A stretch of DNA of 64,000 bases, taken from Macrostomum hystrix. Its lineage: Eukaryota; Animalia; Platyhelminthes. The notes beneath the pieces are model-generated. The model was not told where the DNA came from. It did no database searches and saw only the letters and a list, made by a program, of their open reading frames with translations. The first letter of the stretch is position 1, and each line of letters begins with the position of its first letter. This document shows positions 1 to 11,967 of the stretch, one piece after another. Where the stretch lies: assembly GCA_950097015.1 (NCBI GenBank), contig CATNEN010000011.1:2232001-2296000 (forward strand), in the 5' to 3' direction. A program made the translations under genes and the position numbers.

Positions 1-39
1 CTGAGGGTGCCAAGTGAGTTGCTATGCTCGTTCTGTCAG

Positions 40-300
40 AACAGAATTCTTACCTGTTCTTTGGTTACCTGCTAGTAATTTAGGTTTACCTGATAGACCA
101 TTGGATCTAACTGAAATCTATTTAGAGTTACCTGGTAGTCTTTAAGGGGTTACTTGTAAACAATTTAGGGTTTACTGTTAGATATTTAGGGCTACCTGTT
201 AGACATTTAGGGCTACCTGTTAGAAAAAAGAACGACCTGTAGGACACTGAATCACCTGTTAGACAGTGAATCACCTGTTAGACACAGAATCACCTGCTGC
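40..300. repeat. Degenerate array, core (T/C)ACCTGTTAGA
   Basis: Repeated ttacctg/acctgttagaca units. Confidence 0.7.
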
Positions 301-327
301 TGTTTGCCTGTTTTTTTTGTCAAACAG

Positions 328-3300
328 GCAAGCTATGCTCATTCTGACGGAGCAGATCAACTCATTCCTAGCCACGGAGACTGGCCAGTCCCCAATGTCC
401 GTCGAAAAGGTGGCCCTCGGTTTTATTCGCGTTGCCAACGAATCCATGTGCCGGCCCATCAGAGCCCTGACGCAGGCCAAGGGTCACAACACCGGCCTGC
501 ACGCGCTGGCCTGCTTCGGTGGCGCCGGTGGTCAGCACGCCTGCGCCATCGCTCGAAGCCTCGGCATGTCGCGAGTCTTTGTGCACAAATACTCTGGAAT
601 TCTCAGCGCCTACGGCCTGGCTCTGGCCGATGTGGTGCACGAAGCTCAAGAGCCGTGCGCTCTGGAGTACTGCCCAGGTTTGACTTGAAATTGAGTCTTT
701 GTCTTTTATAGTAGTCTTTGTCTTTTTAATATTTCATTGTCTTTGCAATTAGTATTTTTCTTTAATATTGTCGTTTTCGTACATAGTTATCTTTGAATTT
801 ATGTTAGTCTTTGTCTTTCGAAGCAGTATTTGTCTTTCGAAACAGTCTTTATCCGAAGCAGTCTTTGTCTTTCGAAACAGTCTTTATCCGAAGCAGTCTT
901 TGTCTTTCGAAGCAGTCTTTATCCGAAGCAGTCTTTGTCTTTCAAACAGTCTTTGTCTTTCGAAACAGTATTTTTATTTTAAAAAGTCTTTGTCTTTTAA
1001 TACATTCTCGGATTCTCAACAAAGTCATTAATTTCATAAAAATGTCCTGACATTTTTCAATTTTTTTTCACATTTTTCCTCAGAAAATTTTACCACAATC
1101 GAAGATCGCTTTAAGCATCTCGAGCGCGAATGCTTCAACAAGCTGACTCGACAGGGCTTCGAGCAGTAAGATTTTACACATATTTTATTGCTCTAGCATA
1201 CTTAATTGCATGCATTAAAAGTTCGTTGTTAATTAAGGTTTTCACCATAGACAAAAAGAAAAAAATAATTTAATAGAACACAACGAAGCGCAAAACGCAT
1301 TATGAACAATCTGGTTGCTGAAAAAACCATTCGGAATTCAACTATGTCTAACAAGAACAATAAAAAAGAATCCATAAGCTTTGGTTCTAATCGACGATAT
1401 CGCTATTTTCCGACGGAATCCGGCCAATTACCGGCAACTTCAAAGCTAGCTGCACCGCACATACCAAAATCTGTCCATTGTCCAGCTGTACTGAATCCGT
1501 TCGGTCGGGATGACTACTTTCCATTTAAACCGGTTGAAGATGATGACTTCTGCTGGTTGGATAGGCAGATCAATAATAACTCCGGCGAGAGCAGTTCAAG
1601 AAAGATCGCCTCCAAGGAGGTTTCAAAACGCGAAGTTGAGAATTGGTTTTTTCTGTACTTTCGATTTCGTAGGGAAGGCTACCAGTCCATTGTTAACGCC
1701 ATCAGACAGTCAGCCGTAAATGAAAGCATATTCAACGAGGATAACATTGAAAAGTGGACTTTTAAGATGCGGTTTCGGATAAGAAAATCGGCGCCTTTGA
1801 AGGTAAGAGGTTCGATCCGTCCGCACCCCGGGTGTTTTATTTTGCCTTCATCCCCTCCACACCCGGGTGTTTTAATTGGCTTTCAACCCCTCCACAGCCG
1901 GGTGTTTTAATTGGCTTTCAACCCCTCCACAGCCGGGTGTTTTAATTGGCTTTCAACCCCTCCACATCCGGGTGTTTTAATTGGCTTTCAACCCCTCCAC
2001 AGCCGGGTGATTTAATTGGCTTTCAACCCCTCCACAGCCGGGTGATTTAATTGGCTTTCAACCCCTCCACAGCCGGGTGATTTAATTGGCTTTCAACTCC
2101 TCCACACCCGGGTGTTTTAATTGGCTTTCAACCCCTCCACACCCGGGTGCTTTAATTGGCTTTCAACCCCTCCACACCCGGGTGTTTTAATTGGCTTTCA
2201 ACCCCTCCACAGCCGGGTGTTTTAATTGGCTTTCAACCCCTCCACAGCCGGGTGTTTTAATTGGCTTTCAACCCCTCCACAGCCGGGTGATTTAATTGGC
2301 TTTCAACCCCTCCACACCCGGGTGTTTTAATTGGCTTTCAACCCCTCCACAGCCGGGTGTTTTAATTGGCTTTCAACCCCTCCACAGCCGGGTGTTTTTA
2401 TTGGCTTTCAACCCCTCCACAGCCGGGTGTTTTAATTGGCTTTCAACCCCTCCACAGTCGGGTGTATAAATTGGCTTTTAACCCCTCCACAGCCGGGTGA
2501 TTTAATTGGCTTTCAACCCCTCCACACCCGGGTGTTTTTTCCAATTTCTTAATGACCTTTTAAATATGGTGAATGAAACACACGTTGTGTATTTCTCTTA
2601 TTCCTCCGGCACACAGAGGGCCCTCATCGCCTGTTCGTCTCGTCTAGGTCTGGAATTCGATCCCGATGTGATATTTTGTTTGGACGGTTTCTATGGCGAC
2701 AGCGTTACGGGTCGTTTGCATAATTGCAACGAAGTTCCAAATCAGGTTGTCATAGCAACGAGAAGTTGTCGCGCTCTGGGCCTGATCAACGGCTGCTGTC
2801 TATTCGTTAGTCGCGCCTCCGCGAGTGAAAGAAAAAATGCCGCAACACAGTCTAAGCAGGATATGCTTGAGGTGTGCGATTTTGAAGAACCCGAGGACAC
2901 CATCGAGTCTGACGACGACGGCAATTTTGGCGCACTCCCGGGCGCCGGGAAGACATCAACTGACATTGCACCACAGCGGGTGTCTCAGAACATTGAGAAA
3001 TTCCCAAGTGACCAATCTTTATCTGAGCGTTCGTCAGTCGACTATACTATCGACCGGAGCTGTTCAGAAATTATTTCACAATGAGAAGAAGATGTTGATT
3101 TTAGTAGAAAGACGGGAGTGAACTAGTTCAGCAGAGTTTTATTTTATTTTATTTAAGAAACCTTCGAACCCAGTGCGTTTTCTTAGTATCATTTCTAGCG
3201 TTTATTAACTCAGTATCTAGTACCTGGCGTTTATCCTAGCTTAGTAATAGCAAGTGTACATGTCAGTGAAGTTTAAGTTTTTTAAGTACAAAGTGTGTTT

Positions 3301-6300
3301 ACTCGTGCTGCTAGCTTGTCTCTTCTCCGAGACTTTAATAATTGTTTATGCTTTTTGTGCTATGAATTTTGCAGTGTAGCATTAAAACTTATCATGTTTA
3401 AAAATCATGTAGTTGTAAAAGTTGTAAAAACTGTCAGGTGTAAAAAAGTGTCAGGTGTAAAAACTGTCAGGTGTTATAATTGTCAGGTATAAAACTGTCA
3501 GGTATAAAAACTGTCAGGTGTTAAAACTGTCACGTATAAAAACTGTCAGGTGTTAAAATTGTCAGGTATAAAACTGTCAGGTATAAAAACTGTCAGGTGT
3601 TAAAACTGTCAGGTATGAAACTGTCAGGTGTAAAAAGTGTCAGGTGTTAAAACTGTCAGGTATAAAAACTGTCAGGTGTAAAAACTGTCAGGTGTAAAAA
3701 CTGTCAGGTGTAAAAAGTGTCAGGTGTTAAAACTGTCAGGTATAAAAACTGTCAGGTGTTATAATTGTCAGGTATAAAACTGTCAGGTATAAAAAGTGTC
3801 ACGAGTTAAAACTGTCACGTATAAAAACTGTCAGGTGTTAAAATTGTCAGGTATAAAACTGTCAGGTATAAAAACTGTCAGGTGTAAAAAGTGTCAGGTG
3901 TAAAACCTGTCAGGTAATCGTCTCCCATTTCCCTCCCATTCTCCTATTCAACTCCAAAGGTCGCGCATCCGTTTTGAGCGCTATCTTCATCTGCGCTACG
4001 AGGGCACTGACTGCGCCGTTATGTGCCGTCGCAGAGACGTCGCAGACACTAACCTGGACGGCGACTACCTGGCCGTGTTCGTGAACAGATACCGCACGGA
4101 ATTCGGCTTCACGTTGGAGGGTAGGCGGGTCCTAGTCGACGATGTTCGCGTCCGCGGCGTCGCTTCCTCGGGCGCGGACGTTCCTGCTGGCCTTGAAGCC
4201 TTCGAAGAAGACGACGAAGCGATCGGGGCGGTGGCGCCGGAGCCAGTCGCGAATAATCAAGTGTACTTTGAAGAACAGGGCTGGCAGACGGTATGGGTCA
4301 GGATTTTCAAATCCCAAACTGTGAAGTTTAGAGTTGACTGCCAAACGGAATCGGGGAGTTTTTACAGATTTCTAATTAGGAAGAGACCCCGTATAAATAA
4401 AATATCTCAAATAGGGAAGAAATCTCAAAACGAGAAGAGATCCGAAAAATGGAAATAATCCCAAAAGGGAAGGATCCCAAAAAGGGAAGAGATGCTAAAA
4501 AGGGAAGAGATCCCAAAAAAGGAAGAGATCCCATATGGTAAAAAGATCCCAAATGGTAAAAAGATCGCAAATGGGAAAAATATCCCAATTGGGAATAAGA
4601 TCCCAAATAGGGAAGGCAACCCAAATGGGGAAAGATCTAAAATCAGTCAGAAATGCCAAATACAGAAGAGAACTAAAGTTAAGCAAACTGTCAGCAAATT
4701 TCGTCGCAATATTTTATTCCCCCCCAGGTGGGTGTCTATCGACTGGACAGCCTGTTGCCAGGCCAGTGCATAGAAGGGCCAGCAGTGGTGCTGGATCAGA
4801 ACAGCACGGTGCTGGTGGAGCCGGAATGGCGGGCCAGGCTAACTCGGCGCTGCGACCTTCTGATCAGTCGCAAGGCGTCCGCCGCCGCAGCTGCTGTCGC
4901 AACCGAGGTGCGCGAATCTGAGGTTCAGGTTGACAGCATCCAGTTGAGCATATTCTCGCATAGGTTCATGTCCATTGCTGAGCAGATGGGCCGGGTTCTG
5001 CAGCGGACCAGCATCTCAACTAACATCAAAGAGAGGCTGGACTTCAGCTGCGCATTGTTCGGCCCCGACGGCGGCTTGGTGGCCAATGCGCCACACATTC
5101 CTGTTCACCTGGGTGAGTCTGCCGCGATGTTTTAAATCCCTGAGCCAATGGGATAAGTTTTCTAGGAAAAATATGAATGACTTTAAATCCATGTTCTTAA
5201 ATCCTCAAGAAATAAAAATCCTTACATTTTAATTCTCAAGGAGTTAGAATCCCAATTCTTAAATCCTCAAGAAGTTAAAATCCCGATTATGAAATACCCA
5301 AAGTATAACAAATTAATCCTCAAAGATTTTTAATCCCCATTCTGAGATCTTCGGAGGTTTCGAATTCCGATTCCGAAATTCCCCATCCTTGAATCCTCAA
5401 GGATTTAGAAATCCCATTAAAAATCTTCAAGAATTTTAAATCCCACTCTGGAATCCTTAAGGATGTTGGATAAAATTTTTTAATTCCAAAAAATCTAATC
5501 CTTAAGAATTTCAAATTTCAATCCTAAAAAATTTTCCTAAATTCCTAAATCCTCAAGAATTCCCCATTTTCCGAAATCCCATTCAATCTCCCCAGGCGCC
5601 ATGCAGGAGACAGTTCGTTACCAGATGCAGCACTGCCAGATGCTGCCTGGCGATGTCATTCTGGCCAATCATCCGCGCGCCGGCGGCAGCCACCTGCCAG
5701 ACCTGACTGTCATCACGCCGGTGTTCCTGCCGCACTCACAGACGCCGATTTTCTTCGTGGCAAATCGCGGCCATCACGCCGACATCGGCGGCCGGACGCC
5801 CGGCTCCATGCCGCCCGACTCGCACAGCATCCTGGAGGAGGGCGCCGTGTTCCGCTCCTTCCACCTTGTCCGTGCTGGGAAATTTCGCGAAGCCGAAGTC
5901 ACCGAGGAGCTGATGGCTCCGGCTAAGCTTCCAGGCTGCTCTGGAACCAGAAATCTCGGCGACAATCTGAGCGACCTCAGGGCCCAGGTGGCGGCCAATC
6001 AGAAGGGCGTTGCCTTGGTTACGGCGCTAATTGAAGAGTACAGCCTAGGGGTTGTACAGGCCTATATGCGATTTATTCAGGTGAGTTTAATTGGAACTGC
6101 TGGAAATAGAGATGTTGTTAGAAATCACGACTTAAAGGTCGGAGGTTCGATTCCCGGCTCCACTGCCACAATTTGTGTCCTTTAGCAAGACACTTTGGCA
6201 AGCATTGCTTCAGTTCACCCAGCTTCCCCTATGTCCATGGAAATAGGGGAAGACACATTGGGTAGATAGGAGAAGACACATTGGGTAGATAGGAGAAGAC

Positions 6301-9300
6301 ACATTGGGTAGATAGGAGAAGACACATTGGGTAGATAGGGGAAGACACATTGGGTAGATAGGAGAAGACACATTGGGTAGATAGGGGAAGACACATTGGG
6401 TAGATAGGGGAAGACACATTGGGTAGATAGGGGAAGACACATTGGGTAGATAGGGGAAGACACATTGGGTAGATAGGGGAAGACACATTGGGTAGATTAG
6501 AGAAGACACATTCATCGGGTAGGTGGGGTAAGATACAGGGGGTAGACAAGGGAAAACAGGGAAGACGCTGTACCGTCCTGAACCCGCAGGCCAACGCCGA
6601 GACGGCAGTTCGCGACCTGCTTCGCCGAGTTGGCGCGGACGCCAAGGCTCGCACCGGCAGTTCTCGCCTTAGCTTCGCCGACAGTCTAGACGAGGGCTCG
6701 GATATTCGCCTAACCGTAGACATTGACTCATCAGCCGGCGGAGCCATCTTCGACTTCGCCGGAACCTCCCTGGAGAGTCACGGCAATCTCAACGCGCCAA
6801 GAGCTGTGACAATGTCCGCCCTGATCTACTGCCTCAGGTGCATGGTGCCTTACACAATACCCCTTAACCAGGGCTGCTTGGCGCCTATAGAGCTTCGACT
6901 GCCCGAAGGCAGTTTGCTGAGTCCGTCGGACGAAGCAGCCGTTGTTGGAGGAAACGTGCTCACCTCCCAGCGCATTGTGGATGTCATTCTCGGAGCATTC
7001 GGCGCCTGCGCCGCCTCACAGGGCTGCATGAACAATGTGACGTTTGGCGATGAGACCGTCGGATACTATGAGACTGTTGCTGGCGGCTCTGGCGCGGTGA
7101 GGCAACAATGAATCCCGTTGCTATGGCAACGCAGAGTTTAGGATTTTCTTTCTTTGTTCTTATTTTCATTGTTTTTTCTTAGAAACATGGATTCCATTCT
7201 TAGAAAGTCCTTCACAATAGCTGAAGTTTGTCAAGTTTTTTTATAGAAACTGGTTATCAAATTCGGCTTGAACAAATGATCATTATATTCCTAGAATAGT
7301 AATTTATTGCACCTGCCCCGATTGGGTCAGATGTGCAGCCGACAGCACAGCCACAGCTATTGCGCGGCGCATCTGAAGGCTGCGTACGGCTGTTCAGTCC
7401 ATGGACTGTGGGGACACTACACCCACCCTCAATTACCCCAGCTAATGCTGGTACCCATTTAACAGCTGGGTGAACTGTATAGCAGTGCAGAGTTAAGTTT
7501 CTTGCTAAAGGCTACAAATTGTTTCAATGGAGTCGGGAATCGAGCCTCCGACCTCCAAATCGTGAGTCAGACCCTCTAGCCACTAGAAATAATTTGCCAA
7601 TAGCTGCTAAAAAACTAAATCGATTGCGCCTAGTTACATACCTAGAAATCAGTTGCCATTAGCAACTGAAAAAAATAGTTTTTTCTTAGAATTAGTTGCA
7701 ATTATATTTTTAGAAATGTGTCGTCGTCTATAACAAAAGACGTTAATTATCGTTACATTCTAACAAAATTGGTTGCTATTGACAGCAAGAAACGCTTCCC
7801 GATCCGCTCGCATTGCTCAGGGCCCGAGCTGGCACGGTCGCAGCGGTGTTCACACCCACATGACCAACACTCGAATTACTGATGTTGAAATTCTTGAGAG
7901 GCGGTGAGTGCCTAAACTGGCTCTAATTTGGCTTCTAATTCTAGTTATTACGATTAAAAAAATCACAGTTTTCTTAAAACTATTTTTATCTTATCTCGAA
8001 ATGATTTTATTTCTTTGGTAATTCCATCTATTTAATTGAAAAATTTCCTGCATTGATTTTCAAATTTTTTTTTGTAATCAAGTGATAACTTCGCTCAGAT
8101 GGTGACCCGTCTATCACCCTCGATCACAGTAGGAAAGTCACCCTGTTTAATCGGGAAATCCATACAATCAATTGGAAAACCAGCGCAATTATTTAGGGGA
8201 AATCCCTATAACCCTTAGGAAATTCGATTAATTTTATAAGGAAATCCCTCAATTTCGTAGGTAAATCCCTCAAAAAGAGAAATTCCTCAATTATATCAGA
8301 AAACCACTCAATTTAACAAGGAAAGCCCTTAATTTGATATAGAACTCCTTCAATTAGGAAGGGAAATCCCACAATGTTATAGGTAAATCCCACAATTTTA
8401 TAAGGAAATCCCACAATTTTATAGGGAAATCCCACAATTTTATAGGGAAATCCCACAATTTTATAGGGAAATCCCACAATTTTATAAGGAAATCCCACAA
8501 TTTTATAGGGAAATCCCACAATTTTATAGGGAAATCCCACAATTTTATAAGGAAATCCCACAATTTTATAAGGAAATCCCACAATTTTATAGGGATATCC
8601 CACAATTTTATAAGGAAATCCCACAATTTTATAGAGAAATCCCACAATTTTATAGGGACATCCCACAATTTTATAGGGAAATCCCAATTTTTTTAGGGAA
8701 GTCACATAATAGTATTGGCAAATCCCTCAATTGTATTCGGAAATCTCAGCTTAATATTTTAGAAAAAAATCGCTGAATTTACGGAAGTCTTTCAATTGTG
8801 TTGGAAAATCCATCATTTTTATAGGGAAATACTAAAATTTTACTTGGAATAGGGAAATCCTCAATTTTACTAGGAATAGGGAAATCCCAAATTTTTTCTA
8901 GGATTAGGGAAATCCTCAATTTTATAGGGCAATCCCTTTACTCCTTAGCTACCCGGTGATCGTGGACCAGTTCTCCCTCTGCCCCGGCACCGGAGGTCGC
9001 GGCCAGTACAACGGCGGCGACGGCATCTTGCGAGTGCTGCGCTTCCGCAAAGATCTCACCCTGTCTGTGCTCACCGAGAGGCGAGTTCACGCGCCATACG
9101 GACTCAAGGGTGAGTCCTTATTTTGCGATTTTGGACGCAACATTTCGATCGAAACAGTGAAAAGTTACGCTAGAAAAAAACGCTAGTGCATTTTTCCGTG
9201 AAAATCTGCCTAGTTAATAATTTTTCCAAGAAACAAAGTGTCCCGTCGTTCTTCTTCTAGTGGTCTCTGTGAAACAACAACTCTCCAACACTTCCTTCCT

Positions 9301-9666
9301 TGAAACAACGTCCTTCTTGTGGTCCTTGGTGGCACACTGGGCAGTGGGAGGCTTTAGCCCATAGACAATCGAAAGGCAAACAGTTCTGCATAGAGGCTAA
9401 TCGTCTCTCTCTCTCTCTCAGGCGGTCGGCCCGGCAGTCGCGGCAGCAACATCCTGGAGGTCGCTGCCACCGGCCGTCGTGTCAACCTCGGCGGCAAGAC
9501 CTCCGTGAATGTGAGGCCGGGCGATCGTTTTCAACTGCGCACTCCTGGCGGCGGCGGATTCGGCGAGTCGACAGCGGCCGAAAATACCGGCGAAAAGCAG
9601 CAGCAGCAGCCGACAGTCCTGCGTGGAAGCCTGGTTGACTACCAGCAGATGCAATTCTCGGCTTGA
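328..9666 (+). CDS. OPLAH: 5-oxoprolinase (hydantoinase A/B family), 3' part, 9 exons; 5' exons lie outside the window
   Basis: Exons 328-677, 1084-1165, 3960-4290, 4728-5112, 5596-6080, 6590-7096, 7821-7903, 8949-9109, 9422-9666, all GT-AG with matching phases. Motifs [86 protein letters not shown]. Confidence 0.97.
690..990. repeat. Array built on gtctttgtctttcgaaacagtctttatccgaagca
   Basis: Direct inspection; fills OPLAH intron 678-1083. Confidence 0.8.
1302..3084 (+). CDS. Candidate nested two-exon gene (about 322 aa) with a SUMO/ubiquitin-like segment, inside the OPLAH intron 1166-3959
   Basis: Non-repetitive ORF 1302-1802 ends at a phase-0 donor AAG|GTAAGA. A pyrimidine-rich phase-0 acceptor (tttctcttattcctccggcacacag|) at 2617 joins the second ORF to stop 3084. 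The junction reads [13 protein letters not shown]|[24 protein letters not shown]. The intron is filled by a 35-bp array. Confidence 0.55.
1822..2537. repeat. 35-bp minisatellite ccgggtgttttaattggctttcaacccctccacag
   Basis: About 20 near-identical units, period 35. Confidence 0.97.
3418..3915. repeat. 15-16-bp minisatellite aaaactgtcaggtgt
   Basis: Direct inspection. Confidence 0.95.
6110..6225 (+). mobile_element. tRNA-derived SINE family 1, partial copy
   Basis: B-box GGTTCGATTCCC followed by ttgtgtcctttagcaagacact...cagttcacccagct, matching the reverse complement of 7310-7586 and 23771-24056. Confidence 0.7.
6228..6500. repeat. 23-bp minisatellite gaagacacattgggtagataggg
   Basis: Period 23, about 11 units. 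Confidence 0.95.
7310..7586 (-). mobile_element. tRNA-derived SINE family 1, near full-length
   Basis: Close match to 23771-24056 over about 280 bp; tRNA-like head at the right end; central cagttcacccagctgttaaatgggtacc. Confidence 0.8.
8340..8700. repeat. 21-bp minisatellite cccacaattttatagggaaat, with degenerate flanks to about 8150-8935
   Basis: Period 21. Confidence 0.95.
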
Positions 9667-9744
9667 TTCTGCATCGAGAGTATGAAACACATTCAATGTC
9701 GAACAGCTATTTGGAATGTGTGTTAGCTCGGGCATATAATAGGC

Positions 9745-10612
9745 TAGTGTCTAACAGGCTAGCCCCTGTATCTTGTGTCGAACAGGTTAGCTCTCGTGTC
9801 TAACAGGTTAGTCCTTGTGTCTAACAAGTTAGTTCTCGTGTCTAACAGGTTAGCCCCTGTGTCTAACATGCTAGCTCTTGTGTCTAACAGGTTAACTCTC
9901 GTGTCTAACAGGTTAGCTCTCGTGTCTAACAGGTTGGCTCTAGTGTCTAACAGGTTAGCCCCTGTGTCTAACAAGTTAGTTCTCGTGTCTAACAGGTTAG
10001 CCCCTGTGTCTAACATGCTAGCTCTTGTGTCTAACAGGTTAACTCTCGTGTCTAACAGGTTAGCTCTCGTGTCTAACAGGTTGGCTCTAGTGTCTAACAG
10101 GTTAGCACCTGTGTCTAACAGGTTAGTTCTCGTGTCTAATAGGTTAGATCTCGTGTCTAACAGGTTAGCTCCTGTGTCTAACAGGTTGGCTCTCGTATCT
10201 AACAGGCAAGCTCCTGTGTCTAACAGGTTAGCTCTCATGTCTAACAGGTTAGCCCCTGAGTCTAACATGCTAGCTCTTGTGTCTAACAGGTTAACTCTCG
10301 TGTCTAACAGGTTAGCTCTCGTGTCTAACAGGTTGGCTCTAGTGTCTAAAAGGTTAGCCCCTGTGTCTAACAGGTTAGTTCTCGTGTCTAATAGGTTAGA
10401 TCTCGTGTCTAACAGGTTAGCTCCTGTGTCTAACAGGTTGGCTCTCGTATCTAACAGGCAAGCTCCTGTGTCTAACAGGTTAGCTCTCATGTCTAACAGG
10501 TTAGCCCCTGAGTCTAACATGCTAGCTCTTGTGTCTAACAGGTTAGCTCTCGTGTCTAACAGGTTAGTGCTCGTGTCTAACAGGTTAGCTCTCGTGTCTA
10601 ACAGGTTAGCTC
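9745..10612. repeat. 21-bp minisatellite gtgtctaacaggttagctctc downstream of the OPLAH stop
   Basis: About 41 units with higher-order variant patterns. Confidence 0.97.
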
Positions 10613-11584
10613 TGGGGATTATTTGAATAAAAGTTACTGTTTTAAGTTTTGCAATTTTGGTAGCATTGCACTTCAATATTTATTCTAGAATATTTTTAAT
10701 TTTCCTCTTAGCCCCAAAGGCTTGACTAATTATTTATATAGTTGCCTACTATACTAGTAGATTAGACTAGATTTTAATATTCGACACTATGCCATTTGCA
10801 ATCATTTATGTAGCAGTAGTAACTATTGATCCTTTACATAAATTTTCAAACCATCTTTCAGGGTGCTTTGTCAATATAAATCGAGAAACTTTTTTAGCAT
10901 TCGTGATCGCAACTTCTTTTGATTGTATGCTTCTAAAATAAAAATTAAAACAAAAAACAAGCACTGGTTGTGGGAAATCGGAATTTAATTGACCAAATTA
11001 AATTTAATTGAATTTTATTTTTCTTTTACTTTCTAAGTTAGGTTTTATACAAAAGCGATCGAATGCATTTAATTAAATGACTGTAATTTTATTACTGTTG
11101 TAGCGCCTCTATCACTATTACTCTTAAACACAATTAATAATTCGTTGAATTAACGGGTTAATTTAACTTCATGAAACACCTCTAGTTTATTTATACTAAA
11201 ATTTTATCGAATACGCCGTGTATTCTAGTGACGTTAAACAAAGACATTATATGAATATTCGTAGCAAACAAAAATAACTTGCGCACCAATTTGAATTAAA
11301 AATTGAGGTCCATCACAATAGTAACGATTGTCAAGTTAGCAAGGACGACTCTAGTAACGTATATTCTTACGTAGTCCTCGCAAGTAGCTGTCTAGTGCAA
11401 TTGCAGACGCAAATGTATGTATAGTACAGCTTTTGATTTAGTTTTTGTGTGGCTTAAGTTAAAGGCTGCATAGTTTCCCGAAGCTTGAGAAAGTTTAAGC
11501 AGTCTGTTCATCAGTTAGTTTAAATGTTATTCCAGTGAAAATTTATCCTCATTTTGGCAGCCGTGGTGACGACACTTAGGCTAC

Positions 11585-11967
11585 ATCGAACATGCGTGAC
11601 GGTCGCCTAATAGGCAACTCCGAACATGTTCTTTGTTCCGAGAACATGTTCTTTTAAATTAATAAGGCTACTTAATGTATATTAAATACGGCTAGGTACT
11701 GAACACGCGATAATATGCGCTGTTGAAAAAAAATATTGGTGGCTAATATTTAGGCTAAATGCCGGTATGCAGATTTTACAGACTTTACAGTAAATTACAG
11801 ACATTGTAAGCCCCAGTTATCTTTACCATTATGTCTTCTTTTTTATTTTTATTATTTTTTTTTATCTTTTTTTTCATTACGAAGCCTTTTAAATTAAAAA
11901 GAACATGTTCTCGGAACAAATAACATGTTCTGATTTGCCCATTAGGCAACCGTCGCGCATGTTCGAT
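11585..11967. mobile_element. MITE with about 85-bp terminal inverted repeats
   Basis: 11585-11669 is the reverse complement of 11883-11967 with few mismatches; AT-rich non-coding centre; TAC on both flanks (possible 3-bp TSD). Confidence 0.85.

Noticed and set aside
9759-10676. 305-aa LLDTRAN and 283-aa VSNRLAL ORFs
   Set aside because: Translations of a 21-bp tandem array open on both strands; no unique domain.
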